In this document: positions 40,918 to 53,767 of the stretch, piece after piece
Position numbering within the stretch: position 1 is the first letter of the stretch
Layout of the letters: each line of letters starts with the position of its first letter
Program-made: the position numbers and the translations under genes
Notes under the pieces: generated by a model
Told to the model about the DNA's origin: nothing
Seen by the model: the letters and a program-made list of their open reading frames with translations, nothing else
Database searches by the model: none
Assembly: GCF_006345805.1 (NCBI RefSeq)
Contig: NC_043002.1
Coordinates: forward strand, 41,044,001-41,108,000
Source of the DNA: Octopus sinensis
Lineage: Eukaryota
Direction of reading: 5' to 3'
Length of the DNA stretch: 64,000 nt

Positions 40918-41865
40918 ATATAGTTTAGCTGCTGCGAGAATGTATCTTGATGTCTTGAAGGAAATTGGTTGTGTGGTTGGAACGTAGGTAAACTGCTTGA
41001 AAACAATCTGTTGAAGACACATTTGAATATATAAACTATAAAAATATATATCAATGTCTCAACTAATCTTTTCAGACAGAATTTATCGCCTGACGAATTC
41101 AGACAGAATTCGTCGCCTGGATTTGCATTTATCCCAATTGCTAGGAATAATTATTCATTAATTAGCAGTCCATTGAAGTAACATATAAACTATAAATACA
41201 TGTCATTGTCTCACCTAATCTTTTTTTGTTTTTTTTTCAGACAGAATTTGCATACTTCGTTGTCTCAGTTTAGCATATTAGCATATATTCCAATTGCCAA
41301 GAGTAATTATTAATTGGTTAATAATTAGGAAAATAATTTTAAAAACAGCTAATATCTTTGCTGAGCTTCCATTCTGTCCTCGAGTTTGCTCAATGACATT
41401 ATAAAATTTAGAAACATATGTTGACGTCTTTCAAGATATAAGTACATATCAGTGTGTGTGTGTGTATGTGTGTGTGTGTGTTTACACATGCATACATGTA
41501 TACATATATTCACATTCGTTCGGACACATTCGCCAGACGACTTATTCAATCACCAGGCACATCAGGCAAAACTTAAATCTTCAGTCAAAATTAATTTTAT
41601 AAATATGACACTATTTTTAGTATTGAGTCTCCTCATCGGTAAATTTCTATTGTTATTCTATGAATTATTTCAAAATAATAACATTAAACAATTACATACA
41701 TACATGCATTCATACGCACATACACATACATATAAGTAGGTAAGATGTACGTATTCCATGGTATAAACGATGCACGGTTACTTTAGATGCCCCTGAATTT
41801 CTGCAGCACATATTTAAGAAAAAAGGTTCGAGTGCTCAAAAGCATTTAATATTTAAAGCAATCTA

Positions 41866-44060
41866 AAGGCAGCAAGCTGGCAGAATTGTTAGCACGTCGG
41901 GCAAAATGTGCTTAGCTGTATTTCGTCCGTCATTTACGTTCTGAGTTCAAATTCCGCCGAGGTCGAATTTGCCTTTCATTTGTTGGAGGTCGATAAAATA
42001 AATACCGGTTGAGTACTGGGGTCAATGCAATCGATTTATCCATATCCCCGAAATTTCTGGCCTTGTGCCAAAATTTGAAATCAATATTTAAAGCAATCTA
42101 TCAGTACAGCGTAAAATATTATATTATTGTGCAAAATAATAATTCTTTATACAAGGCCAACGATTTTGAAGGGAGGATAAATTGATCACATCGACGCTAG
42201 TGCTCAGAAGTACTTATTTTTATCGACCTCCGATGTCGACCGAGCCGTTATGGATGTTGTTCGGCTCAGTAACGATCCGGCTAGATCACTGAACAAGCAA
42301 TAATGGCTTCAAATTTTGGCACCAGGCCAGCAATTTTGTGGGAGAGGGCAAGTCTATTACTTCGGTACCCGAAAGGCAAAGTCGACCTCAGTGGAATTTG
42401 AACTAAAAATGTAATGACAGACGAAATGCCGCTAACCATTTTCCAGCTCTCCGCCTTAGACAGTATCCATAATTAGTAATAATAATCCTTTTTTACTCTA
42501 GGTACAAGGCCTGAAATTTTGAAGGAGAGGTCTGGTCGATTACATCGACCCCAGCGTATAACTGTAACTTATTTCATCGATTCTGAAAGGATGAAAGGCA
42601 AAGTCAATTTCGGCGAAATTTGAACTCAGAACGTAAAGATAGAGCAAATGTCAATAAGCATTTTTTCCGGTGTGCTTACGATTCTGCTAGCTCGCTGGGG
42701 GAGGAAGCTAGTCGATTACGTCGATCCCTGTGCTTAACCGGTACTTAATTTATCGACCCCGAAAGGATGAACGACAAAGTCGACCTCAGCGGAATTTGAA
42801 CTCAGAACGAAATATCTCTAAGCATTTTTTCCGGTGTGCTTACGATTCTGCTAGCTCGCTGGGGGAGGAAGCTAGTCGATTACGTCGATCCCTGTGCTTA
42901 ACCGGTACTTAATTTATCGACCCCGAAAGGATGAACGACAAAGTCGACCTCAGCGGAATTTGAACTCAGAACGAAATATCTCTAAGCATTTTTCCCGGTG
43001 TGCTAAAGATTCTGCCAGCTTTCCGCCTTAAAGTAATACAAGTAATATTAATAATAATAATTTCTATTAAAGGCACAAGGCCTGAAATTTGGGGTGAGGG
43101 GTCTAGTCGATTACATCGACCCAAGTGTTTCACTGTTTCTTAGTTTATCGACCCCAAATGGATAAAAAGTTAAAGTCAACCTCGGCAGAATTTGAACTCA
43201 GAACGTAGCGGCAGACAAAATGCCGCTAAGCATTTCGCCCAGCGTGCTAATGATTCTTGTTTCTTTATTGCCCACAAGGAGCTAAACAATAGGGGGGATA
43301 AACAAGGACAGACAAAGGGATTAAGTCGATTACATCGACCCCAGTGCGTAACTAGTACTTTATTTATCGACCCCGAAAGGATGAAAGGTAAAGTCGACCT
43401 CGGTGGAATTTGAACTCAGAACGTAACGGCAGACGAAATACCTATTTCTTTATTACCCACAAGGGACTAAACATAGAGGGGACAAACAAGGACGGACATA
43501 GGTATTAAGTCGATTACATCGACCCCAGTGCGTATCTGGTACTTTATTTATCGACCCCGAAAGGATGAAAGTCGACTTCGGCGGAATTTGAACTCAGAAC
43601 ATAACGGCGGACGAAATACGGCTAAGCATTTCGCCCGGCGTGCTAACGATTCTGTGGAGGCGCAATGGCCCAGTGGTTAGGGCAGCGGACTCGCGGTTTC
43701 GATTCCCAGACCGGGCGTTGTGAGTGTTTATTGAGCGAAAACACCTAAAGCTCCACGAGGCTCCGGCAGGGATGGTGGTGATCCCTGCTGTACTCTTTCA
43801 CCACAACTTTCTCTCACTCTTACTTCCTGTTTCTGTTGTACCTGTATTTCAAAGGGCCGGCCTTGTCACTCTCTGTGTCACGCTGAATATCCCCGAGAAC
43901 TACGTTATGGGTGCACGTGTCTGTGGAGTGCTCAGCCACTTACACGTTAATTTTACGAGCAGGCTGTTCCGTTGATCGGATCAACCGGAACCCTCGTCGT
44001 CGTAACCGACGGAGTGCTTTCAGTTCAGTTGCTAACGATTCTGCCAGCTCGCCGCCTTAG
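41866..44060. mobile_element. Cluster of about 9 family A SINE units (one plus strand, the rest minus strand), with an internal 164-bp tandem duplication
   Basis: Repeated gaccccgaaaggatgaa..gtcgacctc..gaatttgaactcagaacg cores; 164-bp period starting at 42655, 42819 and 42983. Confidence 0.9.
43655..44029 (+). mobile_element. Family B SINE nested in a family A SINE
   Basis: Perfect 14-bp TSD tgctaacgattctg at 43641-43654 and 44030-44043. Confidence 0.93.
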
Positions 44061-44450
44061 TAATAATAATAATAATGTTTAAGTAAATATTATCATTACG
44101 GAGTGAGGCTAGGTAGAAGAGACTATCTGGAATTAAAATTTGCCTATCGTAGTGAGCATCTGGAACAAAAATTGCTTATGAGAGGCCCAACTTCACATAT
44201 AGGACCCAGGATGGTCTTTTTGAAATATACTTTTGTGAGGTAGTGCTGGAATATTTAGTCTTTTATGACATCAAATACGGTACCAAGAAGTAATGTCTCT
44301 AAGATATAACTCAACACTCGATTCTTTTCAAGTAAGCAAGCAAAGATAAACCAACTAAATACGCAACGAAACACAATCCAAAATAAATAAGCTAAAAGAG
44401 TATTTTATGCTGTTAGAGAGACTGAAATAACGTTATTTACTTAAATCCGA

Positions 44451-44490
44451 GTCGCTACTCGGAGTTTCTCGTTGCCGATCTTCAGGCGAC
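44451..44490 (-). ncRNA. Minimal type I hammerhead ribozyme motif
   Basis: GTCGC-CTGAAGA-TCG gcaa CGA-GAAA-CTC C GAG-TA-GCGAC: all conserved core bases present, GUA triplet. Confidence 0.8.
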
Positions 44491-45372
44491 TAACGTCATG
44501 GAATTTGAAGCCTGCTTTTGTACATAGCAATCGGTTGTTTTCGGATTAAGTGATACGAAGATATCCTAGGCGGGGTTTGTCGACTTCATGAGGGGGTGAA
44601 TGGAGAAGAAATGAAAAAAATACTATCATGAGGTTTCGTGAGAAGAACAAGGAAAAAAACTGAAAATAGGAAGAACAATAGTGAGGTGGGGGAATAACAT
44701 TCCCAAGGAACTGGGAGAAAGGCAAAGATTATGGGAGAGGAGAAAGAGATGTAATAAAAGAAAAAAGAAGAAACACAGAAATAAAACATTACCATCACCA
44801 TCATCATTACCATGTTGGCGATGACGACGACGATGGAAAAGAAGAGAAGAAGAAGAAGAAGAAGAAGAAGAAGAGAAGAAGAAGAAGAAGAAGAAGAAAT
44901 ACAAACCGAACAAAGGGTAGAAGGAGGAGGCGGAAATGAAAAAGAAGAAAACAATCTCTGAAGATTCTAGACAAAAGATATTTTCTAACGTTAATACCTT
45001 TGAACATGTGGCCTTATAAGTCAGAACTCAATTGTGGTTACTAGGGCGTGAAAAAATTAATGTGCGTTTTCTAGCTTGTTGTTCAATTGCTTGATGAAGA
45101 AGATAGCATGTGTCTTGTTTTTTGATTAATTGCTTATTTTAAAGAAAAGAGAAGGGACTTTTTTACTTATCAGCTGGAAGTCGTCCGTCTGTTTACCAGA
45201 ATGATGTTTTGAAGTGCACTCATCACCTCACAAACACACACATGAACTTGTGTGTATGTTGTTGACGTCATAAGAATTGAGAAATTTGAAGAATGTGAAA
45301 TAATTCTTTTCAGAAACGGTGACTCGAAGCAGAATTATGGCGTGTGAATATTGGGTTAAAAAACTTTATTCT

Positions 45373-45403
<31 letters not shown>

Positions 45404-45407
45404 AATT

Positions 45408-46506
45408 TTCGTAGTCATCACAACATGCAGATCTCTTCAGTTTAGCTCACAGATTTTTTTAAATATATATTTTTAACTAAACAGTTTGTAACTGCGTATA
45501 CTGATGTAATTTCTCCCGCTGAACACGGTTTACTTTCAGCATTTTTGACAAAATTTCGTACATTTGTCTGTGTTAAGTTTGTGATTATTTTCACCAATCT
45601 GTTATTTTTGTTTACTGCCTATGTTGCATACTACAGGCTTTGTTTGCTTTTCGATCACCTCTTTGTATATTTGCACATTTTCACCACTCGTTCAAAGAGG
45701 CGATCGAAAACCAAAAAAAAAAAAAAAAAAGACAAAGCGTGTAATATGCAACACAGGCAGTAAACAAAAATAGAATAGAACAGAGTAGTAACATTTAGCA
45801 GAGATGACCCCGAAGTTGTTGCTCTTCGATTACTATCGCAAACAGCAGTAGGTTTCTTCGGCTGAATACACATCATTGATTGCTTAAAATTACCCAAATT
45901 AGACAACTGTAACGCGAAATAACTTCTAAAATACGAAATTTTGTCAAAAATGTTGAAAGTAAACCGTGTTCAGCGTGAAAAATTACACCAGTATACGAAG
46001 TTTCAAACTGTTTAGTTAAAAAAATATATCTGTAAGCTAAACTGAAGAGATCCCAAAATGGCTGTCCGTTCGAACGGACTTTACTGCGACTTTTTAACCC
46101 CAAGAAGACATCTCTAGCTGGTTCACGATGCACAGCTGCATCCGAGATATTGCGAGCTAGGGTGCGAGCCCCTACCGCCTTCTAGCGGCAAGACCAGCAG
46201 ACCAGCCTGCTTTCGGGCTATTTCTGTCTGTTTGTTGCTTGAAATTATATATATTGCGAGCAGAAGCGAGTTACTACCATCTCTAGCAGGCGAAGTGTCC
46301 AGTACTAAAGAGAGGCAGAAATAGCCCGACACCAGGATGGTCTGTTGGTCCTGTCGCTAGAAGATGGTAGGGGCTCGCTCCCCTGTTCGCTATATTTCGG
46401 ATGCAGCGGTACATTGTTAACCAGCGAGAAGAGATATCCTCTTAGGGTTAAAAAAAATCACAATAAAGTCCGTTCAAACGGACAACCATGTTGACGTGGC
46501 TACGAA
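45408..46506. mobile_element. Composite fold-back (long-TIR) non-autonomous DNA element or elements
   Basis: Inverted arms 45430-45560 / 45932-46052 and 46058-46235 / 46308-46489, with a shared outer 20-bp inverted motif. Confidence 0.7.
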
Positions 46507-46615
46507 CATTACTTAGTAGTACAACTCCTGCGTTGATCTCTTAGAGAGATTTTAGAACTAGCATTTTTGCTTACACACACACACACACACACACAAACAA
46601 ACACACACACATATT

Positions 46616-46662
<47 letters not shown>

Positions 46663-46787
46663 GTGTGTGTATAAACACTTATAATTTTATAACTCTACTT
46701 CATATACTTTATAACTCTCTTTAGTTTTATGCAATCAAGGAGAGAGGAATTTCCACCATGTAACTACTACTACTACTACTACTACTA

Positions 46788-46834
<47 letters not shown>

Positions 46835-46879
46835 TACTACTACTACTACTACTACAGTACTACCTGCTATGATTGTCTT

Positions 46880-48120
46880 TTTTGACAGATTTACCGTTAG
46901 TGGTATTTGCTTATCGCCATACACCAGCACAAATTTCTAATTCAAGGTGTCTAGTTACGTAAAATGAATTTGAGTGACTACACTTTTCGAATGTCTCAAA
47001 TTTAGCTTTTACATATAGCTCTGGTTTCATTAATAAACCACATCCATTGCTGCCATCTTTGTAAGGCCTTTATATTTTTTAATGATCTTCTTGTTGATAT
47101 TATAGTTCGAAGTTTTTTTCTTCCTTCAGTGATAGATATAACTTGTGTGTCTTGTCACATTCCGTTTACCCGTGTCTCTGATGGTCGTGAAATTTGTCCT
47201 TTAATTCCTCTTCTATTCCAATATACTATTTCTAAGTGGCATCAGACCCTAGATTTGTTGCGATAACTTCTCCTTCGTATATAGTGGTCTCTGCATTGCA
47301 GAATCCATTCAGCGGACACGTTTACCCGTGTCTCTGATGGTCGTGAAATTTGTCCTTTAATTCCCTTCTATTCCAATATACTATTTCTAAGTGGCATCAG
47401 ACCCTAGATTTGTTGCGATAACTTCTCCTTCGTATATAGTGGTCTCTGCATTGCAGAATCCATTCAGCGGACATATAATGACGCTTCTACGTATGAAATC
47501 GGCTTACCTAGATATGGTAAGTTTATGAGATATAAGATTCTTCACATTAGCGTTGCAACTAATATCTTAAAGTTATGTCTGATAAAAAATCTTACAATAT
47601 CTATAGCTAATAGGGAAGTGGACATCGATTAAATTTAGGAAGGTTTTGCTACGTTGGACTGAACGATGGATGAGTTGGAGGAATAAACCAAATGATATTG
47701 CGATGCCTTTAATTTTTAGTGTCTGATGTATATACCAGATGATGCATCTGATCTTTTGAATATATTCGCTTTTAAGGAATTATTATAGTAAGGAGCTGCC
47801 CCGTAAAAGATCTTACTTGGGATCAGATTCGAAACACTTCTACTTATATAACCGATAAAATTTTCAAATAATGCCGGTGGATGATACGAACCAGTGTTTC
47901 TGTAAGTGAGTTTATTCATTTGGTTTTATAAATAGTTTCTGTGAGCAAATGTTTAAATCTACGATGACATCCTGAAGATTAGCTATGCTTAAGTTGTTGT
48001 CATAGCAATTTATAAGTCGAATGTACTGAATGTTTGAATGTTAACTTTCCTTAGTTTAAATAGCGCATGCCTATGGGCATTTTTTAGAAATAACTAGTGT
48101 TATTTAATAACATCTGTATT
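46880..48120 (-). mobile_element. Decayed Penelope-like element (RT C-terminus, linker, GIY-YIG) with a 156-bp tandem duplication
   Basis: LQDVIVDLN..KPN, TGSYHPP..IFYGAAPYYN, RNIIWFIPP, LIDVHFP and CPLNGFC..IYEGEV..YIGI. Duplicated units at 47163-47318 and 47319-47473. Confidence 0.85.
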
Positions 48121-48310
48121 GAAGCAGTAGTCTATACTTTTTAAAGTAACCAACATATATAATCCTATGAGATCTCATATTATTTGTGTGTGTGTGTATG
48201 TGTGTATGTGTGTGTGTATGTGTGTGTGTGTGTGTGTGCATGTGTGTCGTTTAGTATCGTCTCTCGCCACAACCACTTAAGATTTTACTTTAATATTCAA
48301 GAGGAAAGAG

Positions 48311-48399
<89 letters not shown>

Positions 48400-48416
48400 T
48401 GATAGATAGATAGATA

Positions 48417-48493
<77 letters not shown>

Positions 48494-48589
48494 GACAGCG
48501 GCAAACAGGCAGATAGATTGACAGCGTGTGTAGCATACAATTACTTACAAATTAAAAGCGCTGATTTTGCTTGTACGTGTATGTATGTG

Positions 48590-48790
48590 TTTTTGAGTTC
48601 GTGTCTGTGTCTCACCGCCTGATAATTGGTATTGGTTTGTTCACGTCCCCGTAACTTAGCAGCTAAACCAAAAGCTGACAATAGAATAAATACTAAACAT
48701 AAAATAAGTACTGGAGTTGATTTGTTCGTGTAACCACCTCACAAATCGGTGTTTCAGTATAGCCGCAATCCATTGACTGAAACAAGTTAA
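48590..48790 (+). mobile_element. SINE family D, 3' half, diverged
   Basis: gtttgttcacgtccccgtaacttagc...tagccgcaatccattgactgaaacaag. Confidence 0.65.
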
Positions 48791-48918
48791 CAGAAAAATA
48801 GTAAATAGTACACAGACATTTAGAGCAGTTCAAATATATTTGGGATATATTTCACCTTTACCAAAGCTGCATCAACTGCTATTAGCCGTTGAGAACATTT
48901 CTCACTTTAGGCAATATG

Positions 48919-49462
48919 CAAGATGATTGAAAAGTGGTTCCCTATTTTGAAATACTTACAAATTATTTATTAATTGTAATTTTTACATAAAAAAAGCAGA
49001 AATGAATATGAGAGAAAAGCTTTTAGCAAAGACGTTTTTTTTAAAATTCGGCATGGGTTCCAGATGTCGCCACCAGCTTCTTGAGTCACCTAGGAATTGC
49101 GTCAACTGATTTCACCAGGAACTCTTCTGGGATGGAAGACTCAACTTCTCGTATTCGCCCTTCAAGTTCTTTCCAAAGTCTTTGGCTTGGTAGAGTAGAC
49201 ATGTTCCTTTAACCAACTCCCAAAGAAAAAAGTCATACGGTGTTAAGTCGGGACTCCTGGCTGGCCACTCATGTGGACCATGACGACGACCCATCCATCT
49301 CGTGGGGAAGTGGGCATTCAGCCATTCATGAAAGACAATAGCAATACGATTACAGATTAAATTCTCATACTTGAAAAAACAAATAAAAATTCGAGAAAAA
49401 ATTACAATTAATAAATAATTTATAAGTATTTTAAAATAGGGACTTACTTTTCAATCATCCTG
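48919..49462 (-). mobile_element. Internally deleted Tc1/mariner element, rosa (DD41D)-like
   Basis: TIRs of about 65 bp (ca.gatgattgaaaagt...). The minus strand reads WLNAHFPTRWMGRRHGPHEWPARSPDLTPYDFFLW. Confidence 0.82.
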
Positions 49463-49538
49463 TATATTATACTACAGTACCACAAGCAATGCATAAATTA
49501 TACTTCAGTGGATAGTGAAATATATATATATATATATA

Positions 49539-50339
49539 TATACATATTAGAGGGAAACCACTATGTGGACACTCTTATGCTAGAAATAGATCCGCTATGG
49601 TCTTACCACTAAGAAATGTTCTCAAGAAAGATTTAGAAAAACAACTAAATCGAGCAAGACAAAAGAAAAAGCAATAAAGATATGGATTATTCGCATACAA
49701 GTTTCACTATTAACATATTACGTAATTTTACTTACATAAATGTCCGTAGATCATCGGGGCGACCGTCCAGATGAATATAATTTGCAGGACTGCATGCTAG
49801 GACGTCCGCACAAAGTCAGACTTGTAGAACAGTTCTACCCATTACACTCGTGGCTACTATTTAAAATGAAAAACTGATGCTGCAGATAATACTTTACCGC
49901 AGCGGCCTTTGCTGGTTAGAGAACGTATTAATTTAAATTTAAATTTGAAATGAGGGTGAGAAATTAGATATTAATTTAATTAACATCGACTTCACACCAG
50001 TGGTCGAGCATATAAAAAAACTGAAGGTTCAGTAAAATTGTATTATATACATATTAGAGGGAAACCACTATGTGGACACCCTAATGCTAGAAATAGATCC
50101 GCTATGGTCTTACCACTAAGAAATGTTCTCAAGAAAAATTTAGCAAAACAACCAAAACGTAATCGAGCATGACAAAAGAAAAAGCAATAAAAATATGGAT
50201 TATTCTGGACGGTCGCACCGATGATCTACGGACATTGATGTAAGTAAAATTACGTAATATGTTAATAGTGAAACATAATCCATATTTTTATTGCTTTTGT
50301 CTTGCTCGATGATAATTTCTCACCCTCATTTTAAATTTA

Positions 50340-50341
<2 letters not shown>
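49539..50341 (-). mobile_element. Rearranged Penelope-type pseudo-LTR complex (direct and inverted copies)
   Basis: Direct repeats at 49539-49692 / 50046-50205; inverted segments at 49701-49771 / 50204-50274. Confidence 0.8.
49691..49762 (-). ncRNA. Hammerhead motif with a long stem II
   Basis: TCGCC-CCGATGA-(45 nt)-GAAAC-TT-GTA-TGCGA, with one mismatch next to the core. Confidence 0.55.
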
Positions 50342-50407
<66 letters not shown>

Positions 50408-50415
50408 ATAAATAT

Positions 50416-50478
<63 letters not shown>

Positions 50479-50479
50479 T

Positions 50480-50846
50480 ACTAGCAGTATCGCCCGGCAT
50501 TGCTCGGGTATTGTTTTGACCCTTTAGAATTAGAATTTTTGAAAAGTAAAAATTTTGCATTATGTAGCTTGTTATTCTCTTTAAGTGAAATTTTTTTCTG
50601 GTTGAAATACACCGAAAAATGGCGACACAGGGATTTTCATAGCACCTTTTTGACGTAAATAATTTTTGGTCTTAACATGGTCCAATTTGAATTTTTCTTC
50701 TAGGGAATGAAGAGCAAGCCTTCTTCTATCATACTCTCAATTTTGGTCAACTTGCGCCGCAGGGTCTCGGAGGAGATAGTGTTAGTTGAAGGCTACCAAA
50801 CTTGCTGCACACACACACAGACAACCTCAACTTTATATATATATAA
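50480..50846 (+). mobile_element. Non-autonomous Helitron/Helentron-like element (HINE/Lep1-like)
   Basis: Begins actagcagtatcgcccggcattgctcggg (5' hairpin) and ends cacacacagacaacctcaactttatatatata. Confidence 0.6.
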
Positions 50847-51181
50847 GAGAAACGCCATTTTGTCTCATTTCGTAATAAAATATATTTTCGTCATTACGAT
50901 AATTGTAAAACAGAGAACGATATTTTTTTCATTTTTAGTGCAGAGAAATTACTTCAAACATTACTTAGAACCACTTTATTATATTCTAAATTCATCTTTG
51001 TCATTACTGTGATTGTAATTTCCTGAGATATGAATTAACGTTAGTTTCACAAATTGTAGCATGTGTAAATCTATTCCAACTTTTACTCTTACACGTCTTT
51101 GTATTAATAAATTTTGTAATTTGTTTTCTACTTTTTTTCTCCATCAATTTATTGAACTTAATTTGTGCTATATATTCTTTT

Positions 51182-51650
51182 ATTCTTTTATTTATTTCAG
51201 TCATTTGACTGCGGCCATGCTGGAGCATTGCCTTTAGACGAACAAATCGACCCTAGGACTTATTCTTTGTAAGCCTAGTACTTATCGTATCGGTCCCTTT
51301 TGCTGAACCGCTAAGTTACGGGGACGTAAACACACACCAGCATCGGATGCCAAGCGATGGTTGAGGGCGTCGAGTACATTGTGATTGAATTTGGTAGAGG
51401 GAAACTGTGTGGAAGCCTGTCGTGTGTGCTTATGCTTTTTTATGTTTGTCCCAATCCTGCACCTCTTGGTAGCCGATGCTGGTTTGTATATGTCCCTGTA
51501 ATCTAGCGCTTCGACAAAAGAGCCAGATGGAATAAATACCAAACTTCAAAAGAAAGTACTGGGGTCGATTTGTTCTGTTAAAAACCTTCAAGACAGTGCC
51601 CTAGTATGGCCGCAGTCCAATGACTGAAGCAATTAAAAGACAAAAGACAA
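51182..51650. mobile_element. Two family D SINE portions in opposite orientation
   Basis: A minus-strand 3' half (51182-51365) abuts a diverged plus-strand copy (51366-51650). Confidence 0.75.
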
Positions 51651-52709
51651 CTGAATGAGAGTTCTAGGAAAGAAGGACAATATGCATTTTGGGAGGCACG
51701 CTAGATTTGGCGAAATCGCACACGGGACACAAACAAGGATACATGCTACTTTCTCTCCCGAGTCTGTCATCTACTAGGCTCAGTATAAAAGATGCTAAAC
51801 CTTCTAGTCATAGACAAATTTGAAATATGTTTAGCTAAAAGTATGAGGTTTAACTCCGTCATGACGTTAACGGCGAGAATCAGTTGGTTTAATCTTTCTT
51901 TTTTTTATTTGAATGTAGTATGTTTGTTGGTATTATGTCATATCATATACACACATATGCACATAAATATGTACACACAAACACATACAAATACACACGC
52001 GCGCACACACACTCATACACATACATACATATATAGATAAATGTGTGTATGTATATTTGTGTATATCTAAGTATGTATGTATATATATAGAGAGAGAGAG
52101 AATTCGCAAAAAAACAAAAGACGAAGACATGTGGTGTAGACAACAAATAGATGTATTAGTATAACGCTTGGGAAGTGAAAAAGTCTTTAACGTTTCGAGC
52201 CTACGCTCTTCCACAGAAAGGAACACAGAAAGAAACAAGGAGAAAAAATAAAGAAGAGAAAATAAGGAGAGAAAATAACGAAAGATATATGACGTATTGG
52301 TATCAAGAAGACCCAATGTGGACACACCACTTTCCTTGGATAATGGAACTGCCACTATAACTTCTTGCATATATTTCTTATTTTTACTTTTATACTCTTA
52401 TTTCCCTTTATACTTATTTCCATCCTTTTCCAAAATCACTCCATATATTGAACACTAACATTTCTCTCTATTTAACCATCTCACATTGACTGATGACGGG
52501 ATATCCCTAATATCATAGAAACAGCTGTAAAACCAACTTTGTAAATGTCCTGAAAATTCCACACAGCCTTGGCTTCGTTGCCTCATTTTATTTAACATAC
52601 ACGCACACACACACTCACACACACACACACACACACATACACACATGCATATACGACAGGCTTTTTTCAGTTTCTTTCTGCAAAATTGATCGGCCTCTAA
52701 CTATAGTAC

Positions 52710-52780
52710 GGGCATATGGCGTAGTGGTTAAGAGTGCGGGCTACTAACCCCAAGATTCCGAGTTCGATTCCAAGCAGTAA

Positions 52781-52864
<84 letters not shown>

Positions 52865-53082
52865 CAACAACAATAATAATAATAATGGGGATAATAATAA
52901 CATCGAAAAGTACCTTAGGAATGAAAACCCAGTTCGAAATTTCTCCAAGACACCTGATGAAGGCTGGAGGGTATATCAGCCGAAACGTTGTGTTAACAAC
53001 AAACAAGATGAGAACAAATATCCATCAAATGTAAATAATGTAAATAATGTACATAATTCCTCATCTCTTAAATATAGAACTG
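52710..53082 (+). mobile_element. tRNA-headed SINE-like element containing a hammerhead ribozyme
   Basis: A box tggcgtagtgg (52717-52727), B box gagttcgattc (52760-52770), (AAT)n spacer, hammerhead, and an 8-bp TSD tatagtac at 52702-52709 and 53083-53090. Confidence 0.85.
52949..52994 (+). ncRNA. Minimal type I hammerhead ribozyme motif
   Basis: GACAC-CTGATGA-A-GGCTG gagggtatat CAGCC-GAAAC-GTT-GTGTT: canonical core with a GUU triplet. Confidence 0.82.
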
Positions 53083-53333
53083 TATAGTACAAAACATCTG
53101 CACAAAAGGTCGCACGGTGGGACTGATCTCAAAACCACGTGCTTGGGAAGTACGCTTCGTAGGGACTGACGCAGACTTGGCTCTGACTTCTTATTTCACT
53201 TTTCTTAACCATACTATTTCCTTTCACTTATAAACATTTAACATCAGTGTAATACCGCCGCCCCTACCACTACCACTAACATCAATACATTAATACCATA
53301 ATACCACCCGCTCTATGTGTGCGTGCATGCGTA

Positions 53334-53397
<64 letters not shown>

Positions 53398-53454
53398 CAT
53401 ATATACATATATACATACATATATACATGCGTATATAACTGAAACAAGTAAAGA

Positions 53455-53492
<38 letters not shown>

Positions 53493-53712
53493 GCACGTGT
53501 ATGAGGGTGGTTGTGTGTGTGTGTGTGGTGTGTGTGTGTGTGTGTGGTGTGTGTGTGTGTGTATAGAAATATATATGTATGGTTGTACAGACATCTGTAT
53601 GTATGTTGCGATGCATGTATGTTATGATGAATGTAAAATAGTTAATACATGTTTTTCAGAGCATGTAATTAAGGCACATATTGAAAAGAGATAAGCAAAA
53701 TGACAATTGCTG

Positions 53713-53767
<55 letters not shown>

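Noticed and set aside
41089-41115. CTGACGA followed by a hairpin
   Set aside because: There is no GAAA core. It is explained by a short local duplication.
45263-45270. CRE-like TGACGTCA site suggesting a promoter
   Set aside because: A single 8-mer with no supporting gene structure is expected by chance in 64 kb.
52710-52784. Possible tRNA gene
   Set aside because: The acceptor stem does not pair, and the sequence runs into a SINE body bounded by a TSD. The same applies to the other SINE heads.
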